DNA of 63,028 nucleotides, filler included, from Lenisia limosa (taxonomy: Eukaryota; Protista; Breviatea), in assembly GCA_001655205.1 (NCBI GenBank). It is 13 parts of 13 records of this genome, joined end to end, with 100 filler letters (N's around TTAATTAATTAA, not from the genome) between each part and the next. Parts side by side here need not be neighbours in the genome. Positions count along the whole stretch, not along the records: positions 21,953 to 24,854 come from LPNZ01003991.1; positions 24,955 to 39,865 come from LPNZ01000847.1; 11 more parts are not named here. The stretch is one strand, 5' to 3'. The notes below the pieces were generated by a model. That model had not been told where the DNA came from. It worked only from the letters and a program-made list of their open reading frames with translations, and did not search any database. Position 1 is the first letter of the stretch, and the number at the start of each line of letters is the position of its first letter. Shown piece by piece: positions 22,890 to 39,380 of the stretch. A program made the translations under genes and the position numbers.

Positions 22890-23890
22890 CACTCCTCAGT
22901 GTTCATCAATGAAACTTCTGCCACTCTCCAGACTAAAGGTGGGTATCATTGATACACCACTAAGGGCTTCACTTCGGGTCGCAAAAAGACTGAATTTCTC
23001 GATAAATCCTCGAAAACTATCGATATTTCACTGGTTTTTTTCGAACCGAATTGAAGCCCCTTCCTCCACTCCCTTTTTTCTCATTGTAACGTCCCTTACT
23101 TTCCCTATTATAATCCCCCTTGATTTTTTCATTAGAGAATTTTGCAAATGGGATTTGGGATGCGGGGTCGTGGAGCCCCATGATCCCATAATGGGTCGCG
23201 TCGAGATTCAACAGCTTACAGAGGTTAATCAAATCGGACCACCAGCCTACCTTGTTCTGCCTCATCCTCAATTTCAAAGATCTTACGTCCTTTCATAACA
23301 GGTCCATTTAACGAGAAATAATGATACCGCAATAATGCCAACAATTGAACAAATGCAGCAAATCCTTGATAGCTTCAATCTTTTCTGAGCTGTCGGACTG
23401 CAGCTCATTGAGGAGGACATTTTTGAAGTCAACTTAAAAATTTCGCAAGATGGTGAGTTGAGTTTTTAAAAACCCTGAGAACTTGGCAGAAAATCCCGAG
23501 TTCTCAATACACCCAACACACGCACCAGACATCGATTTCGCCTTTTTTGGTGATGCGTCAGGGACGTAAACTGGCCTTCTTCTCTGTCGTCCTCAACCAG
23601 GACCTGGCCCTCCTCAAATCATCAGATGATCAATTCAAATGTCTGTAATGATATCATCAAAATAGAGTATTTTTTCAGACGCGTACTTCCACCCTTGCAT
23701 TTGCTGCCCAGGTTGTGTTGGTAGCATCTTACTTTCCCTATTATAACCTCCCTTATTTTTCTCATTGTAACGTCCCTTACTTTCCCTATTAGTGGACCGA
23801 GCCAGGGAGATTCTCCACGACCCCCGAGCCCAAATATGGATCTTTATCAGTTCCTTCGCTTCCTCCTTATCGCCCTTTCGAGTCGCTGTG
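22890..23890 (+). CDS. Multi-exon hypothetical protein fragment
   Basis: AG/GT-bounded open segments, e.g. EFCKWDLGCGVVEPHDPIMGRVEIQQLTE and VGLQLIEEDIFEVNLKISQD. No family recognised. Confidence 0.3.
22961..23062. mobile_element. Family A MITE
   Basis: AGGGCTTCACTTCGGGTCGCAAAAAGAC...TTTTTCGAACCGAATTGAAGCCCC. Confidence 0.85.
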
Positions 23891-24375
23891 GGGAGCGCAA
23901 ATTTCGTCAAAAACGTTGGCTTATTGGGGGGCATAGTATCCATTTTCAAATTTTACTCCCCCCCCCCCAGNNNNNNNNNNNNNNNNNNNNNNNNNNNNNN
24001 NNNNNNNNNNNNNNNNNNNNNNNNNNNNNNNNNNNNNNNNNNNNNNNNNNNNNNNNNNNNNNNNNNNNNNNNNNNNNNNNNNNNNNNNNNNNNNNNNNNN
24101 NNNNNNNNNNNNNNNNNNNNNNNNNNNNNNNNNNNNNNNNNNNNNNNNNNNNNNNNNNNNNNNNNNNNNNNNNNNTGTGATGTTCTTCCCGGCCTGGTTT
24201 CGGGAGTCAATTAGACCGATTGTTGAGAGAAGGAAGGCTAAAGTCAAGGAGCTTTAGCAGGGTGTTGTTTTTTGATGTGGTTTTTGTTTTGTGTTGTGTT
24301 TTTTTCGGCTTTTTATTTAATGTTTTTGTGATGTAGATTCTGTCAAAGATGGGGGGACGGAACTCGAGTAATTTA

Positions 24376-24453
24376 GATGTTTTTGGTGAAAACTAGAGTT
24401 TGAAGGAGTTATAATGATAATTACTTCAAACTCTAGTTTTCACCAAAAACATC
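24376..24453. repeat. Perfect 30-bp inverted repeat with an 18-nt loop
   Basis: GATGTTTTTGGTGAAAACTAGAGTTTGAAG / CTTCAAACTCTAGTTTTCACCAAAAACATC. Confidence 0.9.
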
Positions 24454-24593
24454 ACATTGATGATCAATCTCGGATAAAACATTGGACAGACATGGCCAAA
24501 CATTTTTCCAGTGGGTCCAAGTCTTGACTGGTCCCTCATGAGGGTCCCCAGGACTGGTAGGACACTGGGTCGGGGAAGCCAAACGGCTTTAAA

Positions 24594-24807
24594 TAGGTGC
24601 AAACTCAGAAACTGGCTCGGAAAACATCCAAAACCGAGCGTCCGATGTGATTTTTATTTAGTGTTATAAAGCGTTTGGGAAGCAAGAGCAATTGTTGTGA
24701 TTATCATACTGAGCAAAAACAGTTAAATTTTACAAAAGGAGTTAAAAGATGACGTCACCGAAACTTATGTTCGGATATCCGTGACAATTTTCTGGATTGG
24801 CACCTTG
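24594..24807. mobile_element. Family D element, degenerate copy
   Basis: Colinear with 27832-28070, sharing CCAAAACCGAGCG and AAAAGATGACGTCACCGAAACTT...GATATCCGTGACAA. Confidence 0.75.
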
Positions 24808-25299
24808 CTTTAATAAAGAGACTGATATTCCTTCTTGGAGGGGAGAAAGATTCANNNNNNNNNNNNNNNNNNNNNNNNNNNNNNNNNNNNNNNNNNNNTT
24901 AATTAATTAANNNNNNNNNNNNNNNNNNNNNNNNNNNNNNNNNNNNNNNNNNNNTTCCTTATCTCATCTACACATCACATAGTCCATACATAAAATGTGA
25001 TTACATACAGTATGATAAAATGTGGTAGGTTTTCGGTTTACGCTACACTTATCTTGGATTACTATGCTCTTCAAATCCAGGTGATTCATAAAATTCAAAT
25101 TGATATCTCTTTAGGGGATGCATATAGCCAAACACCATGCATGTGTATAATGACAATACAATGTGATACTATTGTTGGATGAGCATATTGCTGTTCTTGT
25201 GTTTCTATCATATATTATATATATATATATACCATTGATAGTCCCCTTGTGCGTTTGATATCAAATTAAAATGCAACCAATCAACAAACCCTTTGCTAA

Positions 25300-25501
25300 G
25301 AACCCAGGCCGCAGCCCTCTCATCACACATTGTTGGCCTGACAAACGCGATCCACACCCCGCTTATGAAGGCCCTCAAGAAGGAGCGCGACATCAACCTT
25401 GCCAATGGGTCGAGAAGGGTCACGGTTCACCTCTGTCAAATGGCCACCAAGGCTGCTGTCTCGCAGCATAAGGAGAAGTGGGACGAAAAATTGAAAAAAG
25501 G
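25300..25501 (+). CDS. Exon of an unidentified gene
   Basis: Open, GC-richer segment TQAAALSSHIVGLTNAIHTPLMKALKKERDINLANG...EKWDEKLKK ending at a GTTGGT donor. Confidence 0.35.
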
Positions 25502-26202
25502 TTGGTGGGGGTGCTTCATTTCAGCTCCTGGTAACTCATCCAAAGTTGTTGTATTTTTGTTTGACTTGTTCCTCATGTCGAGATCTCCAAAAGTATAAAT
25601 AAAAGGTGTTGGAGAACAGTATCGCATAACTCAATCAACTCTTGTTCGAAACAGTGGTGTGGTCCTGCTCAGGGATTGATATAATGTGTGCAGGCATCAT
25701 GTCATGAGAAATAACGCGGAAAATGCAATTATTCTATTGAAAAGGGTGGTCCATTGTAAGATGTCTTGTCCAGTGATTTGATTTCATTCTTCAATATTTT
25801 TCCATTTTTACTCCGCTCTAAAAAGCGAAAGCATTCACAGCTCACGAATTCAGCGGGTGCAGAGATGCGAGTGGCGGAAGCCTTATTAGCGGAGTAGTGT
25901 GGTTTCTTGTTTCTTTCTTTTTATCTAGGTACAATAGATTGTTTCTTCCGTTGGGGGGCTCTTTGAAATAAAGAAAAATAATATAATTGAAGAAAACACA
26001 AAAATTACAAGAAATAACAAAATTAATGTTTATCGATCGGAGGAAGGAACTTTGACGAGGACTTCTTACGTCTAAAGAGTCAAGAAATGACTATGAGCTT
26101 CACAATGAGCTACAAACTTGGAACAAATCAGGATTCTGTGCAATTGATTATTAAAATGTGTTTCAAGCAGGCTCTATTATTTCGGGATTAATGTCGACCT
26201 CC

Positions 26203-31120
<4,918 letters not shown>

Positions 31121-32303
31121 CATCATTAACATGTACACATATAATATTCACCATTGTTATTTCGCCATTTTTGCTAAAGGGCTTTAAGTAGTTCCATCTC
31201 CTATACCAACACAGCCCCCCCCCCCCNNNNNNNNNNNNNNNNNNNNNNNNNNNNNNNNNNNNNNNNNNNNNNNNNNNNNNNNNNNNNNNNNNNNNNNNNN
31301 NNNNTCCCTTTCACCATCTTCCACCCCACCAACCTTAAATATTCCTTCTACCCCCCGTCGCCCACCTCTCCTTGTGACTGAAATTGTGACCCAACAGGGG
31401 CGTGTTGGAAGAGGCTCGGAACATTTCCCTTCTTGTCATCTTTGGCCTGCCCCCTCGCTGATCTGAAACTGTCAGTTCAATCTGGTTTTGTGTTGCTCTT
31501 GACAACCCCATGTGAACATCGTCTCATGAGCGATGAAAGACTGCATACCTTTGAGATTCATAGGCTTTCCGAGGGGGGACTGCCCCTCCAGCTGAGTTGG
31601 TCAGAAACGAATATTATTAGCTCAAATAAACATGTTCCTGAAGAATGGAGCAGCAGAGAGTACCAAGACCAAAAGGGCCCGCAAACCCGAATTATCCCAA
31701 GAATCCTTCAGTTTTCCCAAATTAAGATGAGGTAACGTATGTTTCTTGGAACTAAATTGTTAGTGAGTGACTTTCAGGGACGTGTAAAGCCTTGGGAGGA
31801 AAATTCCAAAAGACAGGAATCAATTTTGAGGCAATTTTCTTTTAATACCAAACTAAATTACTAATTCTTACCCTGAAAGCGTGCTCATTTCAAGGGTAGA
31901 AGCACACTAGGAGAACAGGCTGAGCCCCAAAGGGCTCAGTGTATTAAACTGAATCCCTAATAGTTAATTTATCCTGTTATTTAAGACTTAGATAAGTAGC
32001 AAAGCTTCGAAAACGCCGAAATAGAGGAACAATCCGACAACTCAAGACAACAAAGATAGAATATACTATAGAAATATTTAGCTTAACACACAGTTGATCT
32101 AATCAGATGGCTATTTACCATTTTGAGGGATTTTTTCGGACATATATATGTACTTTTCTCCGTACCGGGCTCAATATAAAAACCAAAAAAAAATCAATAA
32201 TTAAAGCCAAAGTCAGTTTATTAGTTATATTTTGAAAAGTTTCATTACTTAAATTCGAAATTTGTCCTGAAGTCCCTTTTAAATCACAGATTATTTACTT
32301 ATA

Positions 32304-33799
32304 ATGGGACGCATCCTTGTTTCCGCCACGAATTGGTCCTCGGTTGATCCAGAGTTCCTGTCAATCTTAAATGAGGAGGGTAATTACACTGAATCAGACA
32401 TCCATCTCGAAGAAACTCCTGTCAGTCTCTCTGGTGAGTGTCTTTTGGTAATATCTGTTGTTGAAATTGTGTATTTGTCTTATTTGAGCATAATTATCAA
32501 GATCTATAAACGGTACGAAGCTAATAGTTGCAGAGCAATATGATGGTGTCATCTGGCGTCAACCTCACCCCCCAAGTGCTGATACCTTGAAGCTTATCTG
32601 CCATAACATGAAGCCAGGAAGGTGAGTTAGAGAGGATTTCAGTGTTATTTCCTGAGTTTCTTTTGTATCTATCTGGCCCTCACCTTTCAGCCCCCTCGTG
32701 GTTTCAGTTCCCATTCTCGCGGAATCTGCTCTCGAACCGGTCCAGAACAAGGTTGCCACCTTCCTTCCCACAGAAGACAATCTGAAGAGTGCCCTTGTTT
32801 TCGCTGGATTAGTCAATCTCGCTCCCCACCCAACTTCGTATGTTGAGAATACAAATCTGGTTATACCAGTGTTTTGTGCAGCGCTATCCTGATTATTACT
32901 TCAATGGCTCTCTTGGAGGCAACTATTAATAATCTTCTTTATTCACCATTCCAGAATCAATCCTAAAGATGCTGCAGCTGTCTTTTCAACTGTAAGCCCC
33001 ATTAATTCTTCAGAATTGTGAAGGTACATCCAAATACGTTTTTCTCGCATATTGAAAGTATTGACTCTGTAGATTCCTGAAGAGTTGAAGGAAGATGTTC
33101 GTTCTCACATGGGATCTTGTACACTGAGAGGGGAAAAGCCTGCATGGAATGTGAGCTGGTTTATTCTATAAGATGACTTATCACCTCCCTTATTTCAGTG
33201 ATTTTGTTTACAAAGTGCTAATGCCATACCGCAGGTTGGACAGTCCGATATGCTTGACTTTGGTGTTTCAGATGACGATGAATTGATTGATGATGACCTT
33301 CTTCTCGATGACGCTGATAGAAAACGTAGGTGTCTCATGTGAACTGACCCCCCTCCCCCATCTCATGCTCTTCTGATATTTACACTTATAGCTGTCTCAG
33401 CCGAAAAGATTGACTGCTCAAAGTCAAAATCTGCCTGGTAGGATTCGTGCTTTCTATTTTTACCTCAAGACCTGTGCGAACGGACCAATTCATTTTTCTC
33501 ATATCTTAGTGCAAACTGCTCTTGTGGCCGTAAGGAGCGTGAGGATGCAGGAATCAAGGACGCAGCCCCCCCTGCTGGTGGATGTGGATCGGTTTGTGTG
33601 GGCTTTTTCATTCTTCTGAAGTTGGTATTCTGCTGTTATTTCTCAATGGCACGCATTCATTGTCTTTCAGTGTGGGCTGGGTGACGCCTTCCGCTGCGGC
33701 TCTTGCCCCTTCAGAGGCCAACCTGCCTTTTCTACCGAGAAGTCTTCAGGAGCTGTGACTCTCAACCTTGATTCCAAAGATTTCGCGGATGACTTTTAA
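32304..33799 (+). CDS. DRE2: Anamorsin/Dre2, cytosolic Fe-S cluster assembly factor
   Basis: Spliced C-terminus [16 protein letters not shown]...[25 protein letters not shown] contains both Dre2 cysteine motifs, preceded by an acidic linker [11 protein letters not shown]. Confidence 0.93.
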
Positions 33800-34064
33800 A
33801 CAAACCTATCGAAGTGTTCTGATGTTACCTGTTTCCTGTTTCCCCTTTTTTCATTTTTATTTATTCCCGACATTCTATGAGGAGTATCAATTTTAACATA
33901 AGATTTGCTGTAAAATAGTTACGAAAACGCGCGGGTTATTTTACTCTGAAATTGGTAGATATTCAAAATCGTAAAACAGAATACATTTACGAAATGATCC
34001 TCGAAGGGGGGAACCAAGAAACATGCAATAAACCAAAAAAATATCTCCTACATACGAAGTTAAC

Positions 34065-34400
34065 TTAAGAACCGATGATGATCTGGTTAATGGGGATGAA
34101 GACAAGCTTCACAAGGAATCCCACAGCACCAAAGGCGGCAGCACCGATGGCAGTGATTCTAACAATCTTCATGAACTCTAAAAATGAGTTATTTAAGTCA
34201 GAACGAACAACTTCTATTGAAGGAAAAATAAATCTCATAATTAAGTCACCATTAAATCGCAAAAATAGCACCATTTATCTATTTTAATCCCATTTATCCA
34301 TACCCTTGGAGTCAGGCTTGTTACAGCGTTGGACGAGTCTTCTGCTCTCAGTGATGAACTGCTGGGCAGGCTCGACAGTGTTGCTCTTGATAGATTCCAT
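34065..34400 (-). CDS. SEC61G: Sec61 translocon gamma subunit, 2 exons
   Basis: [32 protein letters not shown]|[37 protein letters not shown]. Confidence 0.96.
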
Positions 34401-34685
34401 TGTAAGTAACAAACTTGAACGAAGAAGTTTTCAAAAAAAAATTAGTGAAAAAGGCAACAGTTCAGTTCATTTTTTTCGGTAAAATATCGATGAATCTCGA
34501 GCCCTTTATTTGGTGAAACGGGTGAAACAATCTCTGCTTCCCCCTTTCCCTTTCTTGCACGCATTGATCTAATTATTACTATATTAAAACTAGATTGGGA
34601 CAAGCCATTTTAAAAACAGGTTTCACGCATGTTCCCCACATTGCCCCAGCTACCTTTCCCAAAGCTGGCGCCATGGTCAACTTCA

Positions 34686-37315
34686 ATGAAGTTTTGGGGT
34701 TTGTATCATATTATATGTTTTAATGGATTGTAGGATTGATTTTACTCCTGGCCGAAATTGGAAGGAGTGTCTACTCAATGATGTTCTATACTGTATGCTA
34801 GGGAGGCACGCATTATGCCTTGTACACAGAGTTGTACGGAAATGATTGGGTGAATAATATTATACTACAATTCAATATCTCTTATAAGCGTGATGGTGTA
34901 GACGGCTTCGGCCAGATACAATCTTGCTTTTTATTTCCCGTTACTAATTATACTGTAAGGGAAGGATGAGGGTTTCTAACACCACTAGGAGGTGGACTAC
35001 TTATGCTATAAAGACTTCGGCCTAAGGCTTTTGAACGAGCATGATTTCGACTATGGAAAGTATGCTGAATCTTAGCGGGACTAATTTTATTGTCTCGTTA
35101 ACTTCCAAGCTACGTTTGTCCCCAGGGACCCATGTACTATCCTGTTGGATTTGCCTACACATATGCGTTCCTCATGTTTGTCACACAAGGTTGGTACCCT
35201 TAACCACCTTAATATAACAACAGGTTCCTTGGGATTGATGATGGGCCTTCATGCCTGCATGCAGGTGGCATGCACAATGCTTGCTTATGTTGTGTTTGCA
35301 CCCCTTCTCAAAGGTGGTCATTGGGCGTTTGTGCCGCTTGCCTTGTTCGTCCAGAATGCTTATGCGTTGGTGATGTCTTGAAATAACCCTTTTAGTACCA
35401 GTATTTCTAGGGTTACCAACGATATCCACCAGTCATTCGCTTTGCTCTTGATGCTCTTTTGCATGCAACGCCAGAAGTGGTGGCTTGTTTCTCTTCTCTA
35501 TACCTTCTCTGTCGCGTACAAAATGAACGGGCTTCTTTTTGGTCCTGGAATTTTATTTGTCTATCTTACTTTCTTATCTTTTAAAAGGTAAAGGTGTTTT
35601 CAGTGTTTGACTCTCTCAGTGTATTCTTTCATTTTCTTTTCATGGGTATTTTCCAAGTTGTTCTTCCCATGCCTTTCCTTCTCCACAACCCTATGGTAAG
35701 ACCTTTGGTTGTTAACACTTTAGAACTATCTTAAAATAGCATTCAACTTCTCCAGAGATTTCAGCACCAGAAATAACGTTGCTTGGAACTTCTTAAGGTT
35801 TGTTGTATCTGGAACAACATTAATCTATAGTGATGAGCTGCGCTATGACCCAGTGTTCTACAAAATTCTCCTGGGCTTTACCGTTCTGGGACTTGTGCTT
35901 TTGACAGTGCTTTTGGTTAGGGCCGTGAAGGCACTTTGGAAATCTAAGTCTAAGAATGAGAATGAGTAGGGAAGCCTGGGAAATAACACTTTAAGATTGA
36001 GCCGAAAGAAAATGCTAGTGGTTATGACAGCAGTGGTTCTCTGTAACTTTATTGGCTACACTTTTTCAAGAGGAATCCACGTTCAATTTTTCCTGTGGAT
36101 TTACTTTACGCTTGCCTTTCTCTGCATAGGAGTTGCCAGGATCCCCCCGTTTGCCTCTTGCTTCTTTGTCACAATTTAGTGCTATTTCTGTTGCAATTAT
36201 TTTGATCATTGACTGGGCGCATTACTATGTTGCCAGCTGCTTTTATTTGGGGGTGGGCAGGGGAAATTCGCAATATGTGTTTTTTCCGCAATAGGTGTTT
36301 TCTCCGAGTTGAAACCAAATTGAAACAGCTCGTGTTAGCATCTCATTCATAGTACATATATCATATATATATATATGTAATATATGTATATGATATACTA
36401 TGATCCATAAACTGCATTCTTCACATACAACTTTAGAGTGGGTGAACACCATTGGGCCAATAGCTACTAGAATTTCTATCTTAGTTAGCTCTTTTTTCTG
36501 TAATTCATTTTTCCATGGGAAATCACTTCCAGTATTAACAATGCCTTATTTGAAATAAATTAAAGACAAAATATTACCAGGTTATACCATTCCCATGTTT
36601 ATGAATCTGAAAGTTTGAGGAATGATGACCATCTGCACTTTGCCAGTTGAACTACTTTTTTTTTTTTTTTTTTTNNNNNNNNNNNNNNNNNNNNNNNNNN
36701 NNNNNNNNNNNNNNNNNNNNNNNNNNNNNNNNNNNNNNNNNNNNNNNNNNNNNNNNNNNNNNNNNNNTTTACTGTTTGATGGGATAAATGGAATATTATA
36801 GTAAACAGCTTTTGGCCAAAGCCAGCTTTTTTAAAAAAAAAATGAACTTCTAACATGGTTCATTTACAATGAGAGTACCATAATGACATCCTTCAGCTTC
36901 TTCGACGTGTATTCCATTGGTTGACCAGGGTGAATGAAAATGAGATGCATAAGTACAAGGAAGAAGAACTAACAAGGCAAAACGGCCTCATCCTTACTGT
37001 AGGCTGGAACAAATATCATGATTTGTTGTTGTATCAAAGAGGTACGCCTCCAAGGTTGTACTACTACATAAGATGGGTATTCTTCATATTCCCCATATTC
37101 GACTCATATTACTACACTAAGCAGCTCGATGTCATCAAGATTTCACCATCCAGCATGGTTATGACTCAGACCATTGGTCCAGTTCATGGTTTTTGATAGG
37201 CTGTGAGCTCATAATCATTGTGTTGGCTTTCGCGTATCTCTACTCTCTTGGCTGCTCAAAGCCCAAAAGGAAGTCCCCTGCAGCCAAGGCAAAGAAAAAA
37301 GTAGTGAAGAAATAG
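34686..37315 (+). CDS. ALG3: Dol-P-Man:Man5GlcNAc2-PP-Dol alpha-1,3-mannosyltransferase; well supported to ~36255, last exons to 37315 tentative
   Basis: Spliced LILLLAEIG...YT|EVDY, GPMYYPVGFAYTY, RVTNDIHQ, SVAYKMNGLLFGPG and CNFIGYTFSRGIHVQFFLWIYFTLAFL match the ALG3 motifs TEIDW, GPLVYPAG, RLFND, KMN and SRSLHYQF. Confidence 0.88.
34793..34919 (+). repeat. Family C element starting at the first base of ALG3 intron 34793-34988
   Basis: GTATGCTAGGGAGGCACGC...CTTATAAGCGTGATGGTGTAGACGGCTTCGGCCAGATAC. Confidence 0.9.
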
Positions 37316-37638
37316 ACTGTATTTAAGTATGTGTGAGTGAGTCAACTATTTTGAATGATAAAATGGGGTTTTTTTTTGGTGTGTTCTTCGTGTCATATAG
37401 GCAGGAAGGGACGGAAACTAAAAAGATGGTATTTAGAGTTAACGTTCCATTTAATTACAAATCCCCCAAAAGAGTGCAAAAGGAGAAGAGGAAGAAAGAA
37501 GAGCGCTTCAAATTATGACTTTTCTGAAAATTCTGTAAAAGCATGTGAAAAAAAGGGACCCGGTGCCTGAATAATGCCATACGAAACACCGCTTAGGAAT
37601 TAGGAGCAAGTGAATAGGTGCATAGCAACAAAAAGAAA

Positions 37639-38202
37639 CTAATACTGGAGAGCCTGTCCCTTAACACGCTTCTCACCACCGAGCTCAAGAGTCTTGCAAC
37701 GCTTGAGGGTGAACTGGAGACGGTGCTTGCACTTGGTGCACTCAAGACGAAGAACGTTCTTCTTGGTGGTCTTAGCCTAAAATATGTTAATGCTGCTTTA
37801 GAAATGCAGAAATACACACCTTCTTGTGGAAAACGGGCTTGGTCTGTCCACCGAATCCAGCTTGCTTTCTGTCGTAACGACGCTTTCCTGAAAGTGTGAG
37901 TTATTAATCCCACCATAGACATATATAAGCTTAAGAGAAACTAGCATACCCTGAGCGAAGAGAGAAGCCTTGCCAGTCTTGTACTGGGTCACCTTGTGAA
38001 GGGTGTGCTTGTTCTCACGAGGGCAGAAAGTGTTACGGGTCTTGGGAATGTTCACCTGGGGAAATGAGTACAGCGGGATTGAAATCTGTCCAGGAAGTAC
38101 TTGGCAACTGTTTCTATGAATCAAAACAACAAAGACACTGGCACACAGATTCTACTTTTAAAACACTTGCTCAAAGAATAATTGAACACACCCACATACC
38201 AT
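37639..38202 (-). CDS. RPL44: 60S ribosomal protein eL42 (L44/L36a), 4 exons
   Basis: M|[36 protein letters not shown]|[22 protein letters not shown]|[34 protein letters not shown]...QY*. Confidence 0.98.
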
Positions 38203-38447
38203 CTTGCTCACAAAACCTGAAAAAGGGTCGAAAAATAAAAAATGAAAGCTAAAAAGAGACAATTCGTGAATTGAAAAAGTTCAGTTCACTATATTGCAAA
38301 TGGAATCATCTCTCTTAAACAATTTCCCGTCTAACCCTCTCTCCTTCCCCTCTTACCGCATAAACTCATTATTTATATTCACTATAAAATTATAGATTAA
38401 AATAACCAGGTAATTTTCCTTCTCCGTGAAAGTTGATGTATTTCTAA

Positions 38448-39380
38448 ATGGCTTCCTCTGAGTCTGGGCAGATCACTGCTAGCTTTATTAAAATCCTCAC
38501 TGGATCTTTTGACACCCAGAACATCACGAATTTAGACCTAACTGGAAAGGGTATGATGGAGAAATTTCCATGATCTTCTCAGGAATTGAATCTCTTCAAG
38601 GGCTAGCTGACCTATGTCCCTCGTTAGTTGACTTAAACCTTGCTGGTATGAACAAAGGGAGTCTCTTCCGTTACGAATATATCTTCTTACCTTTTTGATT
38701 ACAATGTTAGAAAACAATCTTCTGTCGTTGGAGGGAATTGAGGGGCTGAAGAGCCTAAGAAGACTGGTCTTGGATGACAACTCCATTTCTGACATCTGTG
38801 AGGGGCTGGAGCGTCTAGGGTATTTGTTAAAAAGAACATTGGTTCAATATTATGACTTTTAATTCTAAAGGACTAAGGATATGCTGCTTTATATGAAATA
38901 CAAGCTCAATTATTTTGATTTGATCACAAAATAGTTTTTATCGGATCTGAGCCTTGGTATTAATTGATCTCGCCAAGGCCAAGCATATTTGTAAATAAAT
39001 AAAATTTCTTAGTTGAGTTTGTGAAATAAATCACCTTATGAGGATCCGTTGTAGGTAACTTCGAAATAAGAGCAAAACTTCTTAAATGTAAATACTATGA
39101 CAGCATTAAACTGTTGGAACACATATCATATATTGAAGTATTATATGATTTGATATTGTAGTACGAGCTTTATCTTGTGTTGATATTCTTTCACCTTTTA
39201 GCCAGTTTAGCCTCAATTGGAACCATTGAACATCTCTCTGCAGCCAACAATGCAATTAAAACCATCACCCCTCTCTGCAACCTGAAAAATCTCCGTGTGC
39301 TTGTCATTAAAGCCAACCCATGTTGGAGGGCTTTGTTAATATTTTGATGACAAACAAGGGCATTCCTACATTTCTGTAAA
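38448..39380 (+). CDS. Leucine-rich repeat protein (SDS22/LRRC61-like), 3' end uncertain
   Basis: MASSESGQITASFIKILTGSFDTQNITNLDLTGK|GIESLQGLADLCPSLVDLNLA|ENNLLSLEGIEGLKSLRRLVLDDNSISDI shows LxxLxLxxN repeats. Confidence 0.8.

Noticed and set aside
34673-34793. In-frame TAA in an apparent ALG3 N-terminus (MVNFNEVLGFVSYYMF*WIVGLILLL), suggesting TAA=Gln recoding
   Set aside because: ATG 34686 plus a 35-nt GT-AG intron gives MKFWGLILLL without readthrough, and TAA, TAG and TGA all terminate conserved genes here (SEC61G, DRE2, RPL44, GFAT, DYRK).
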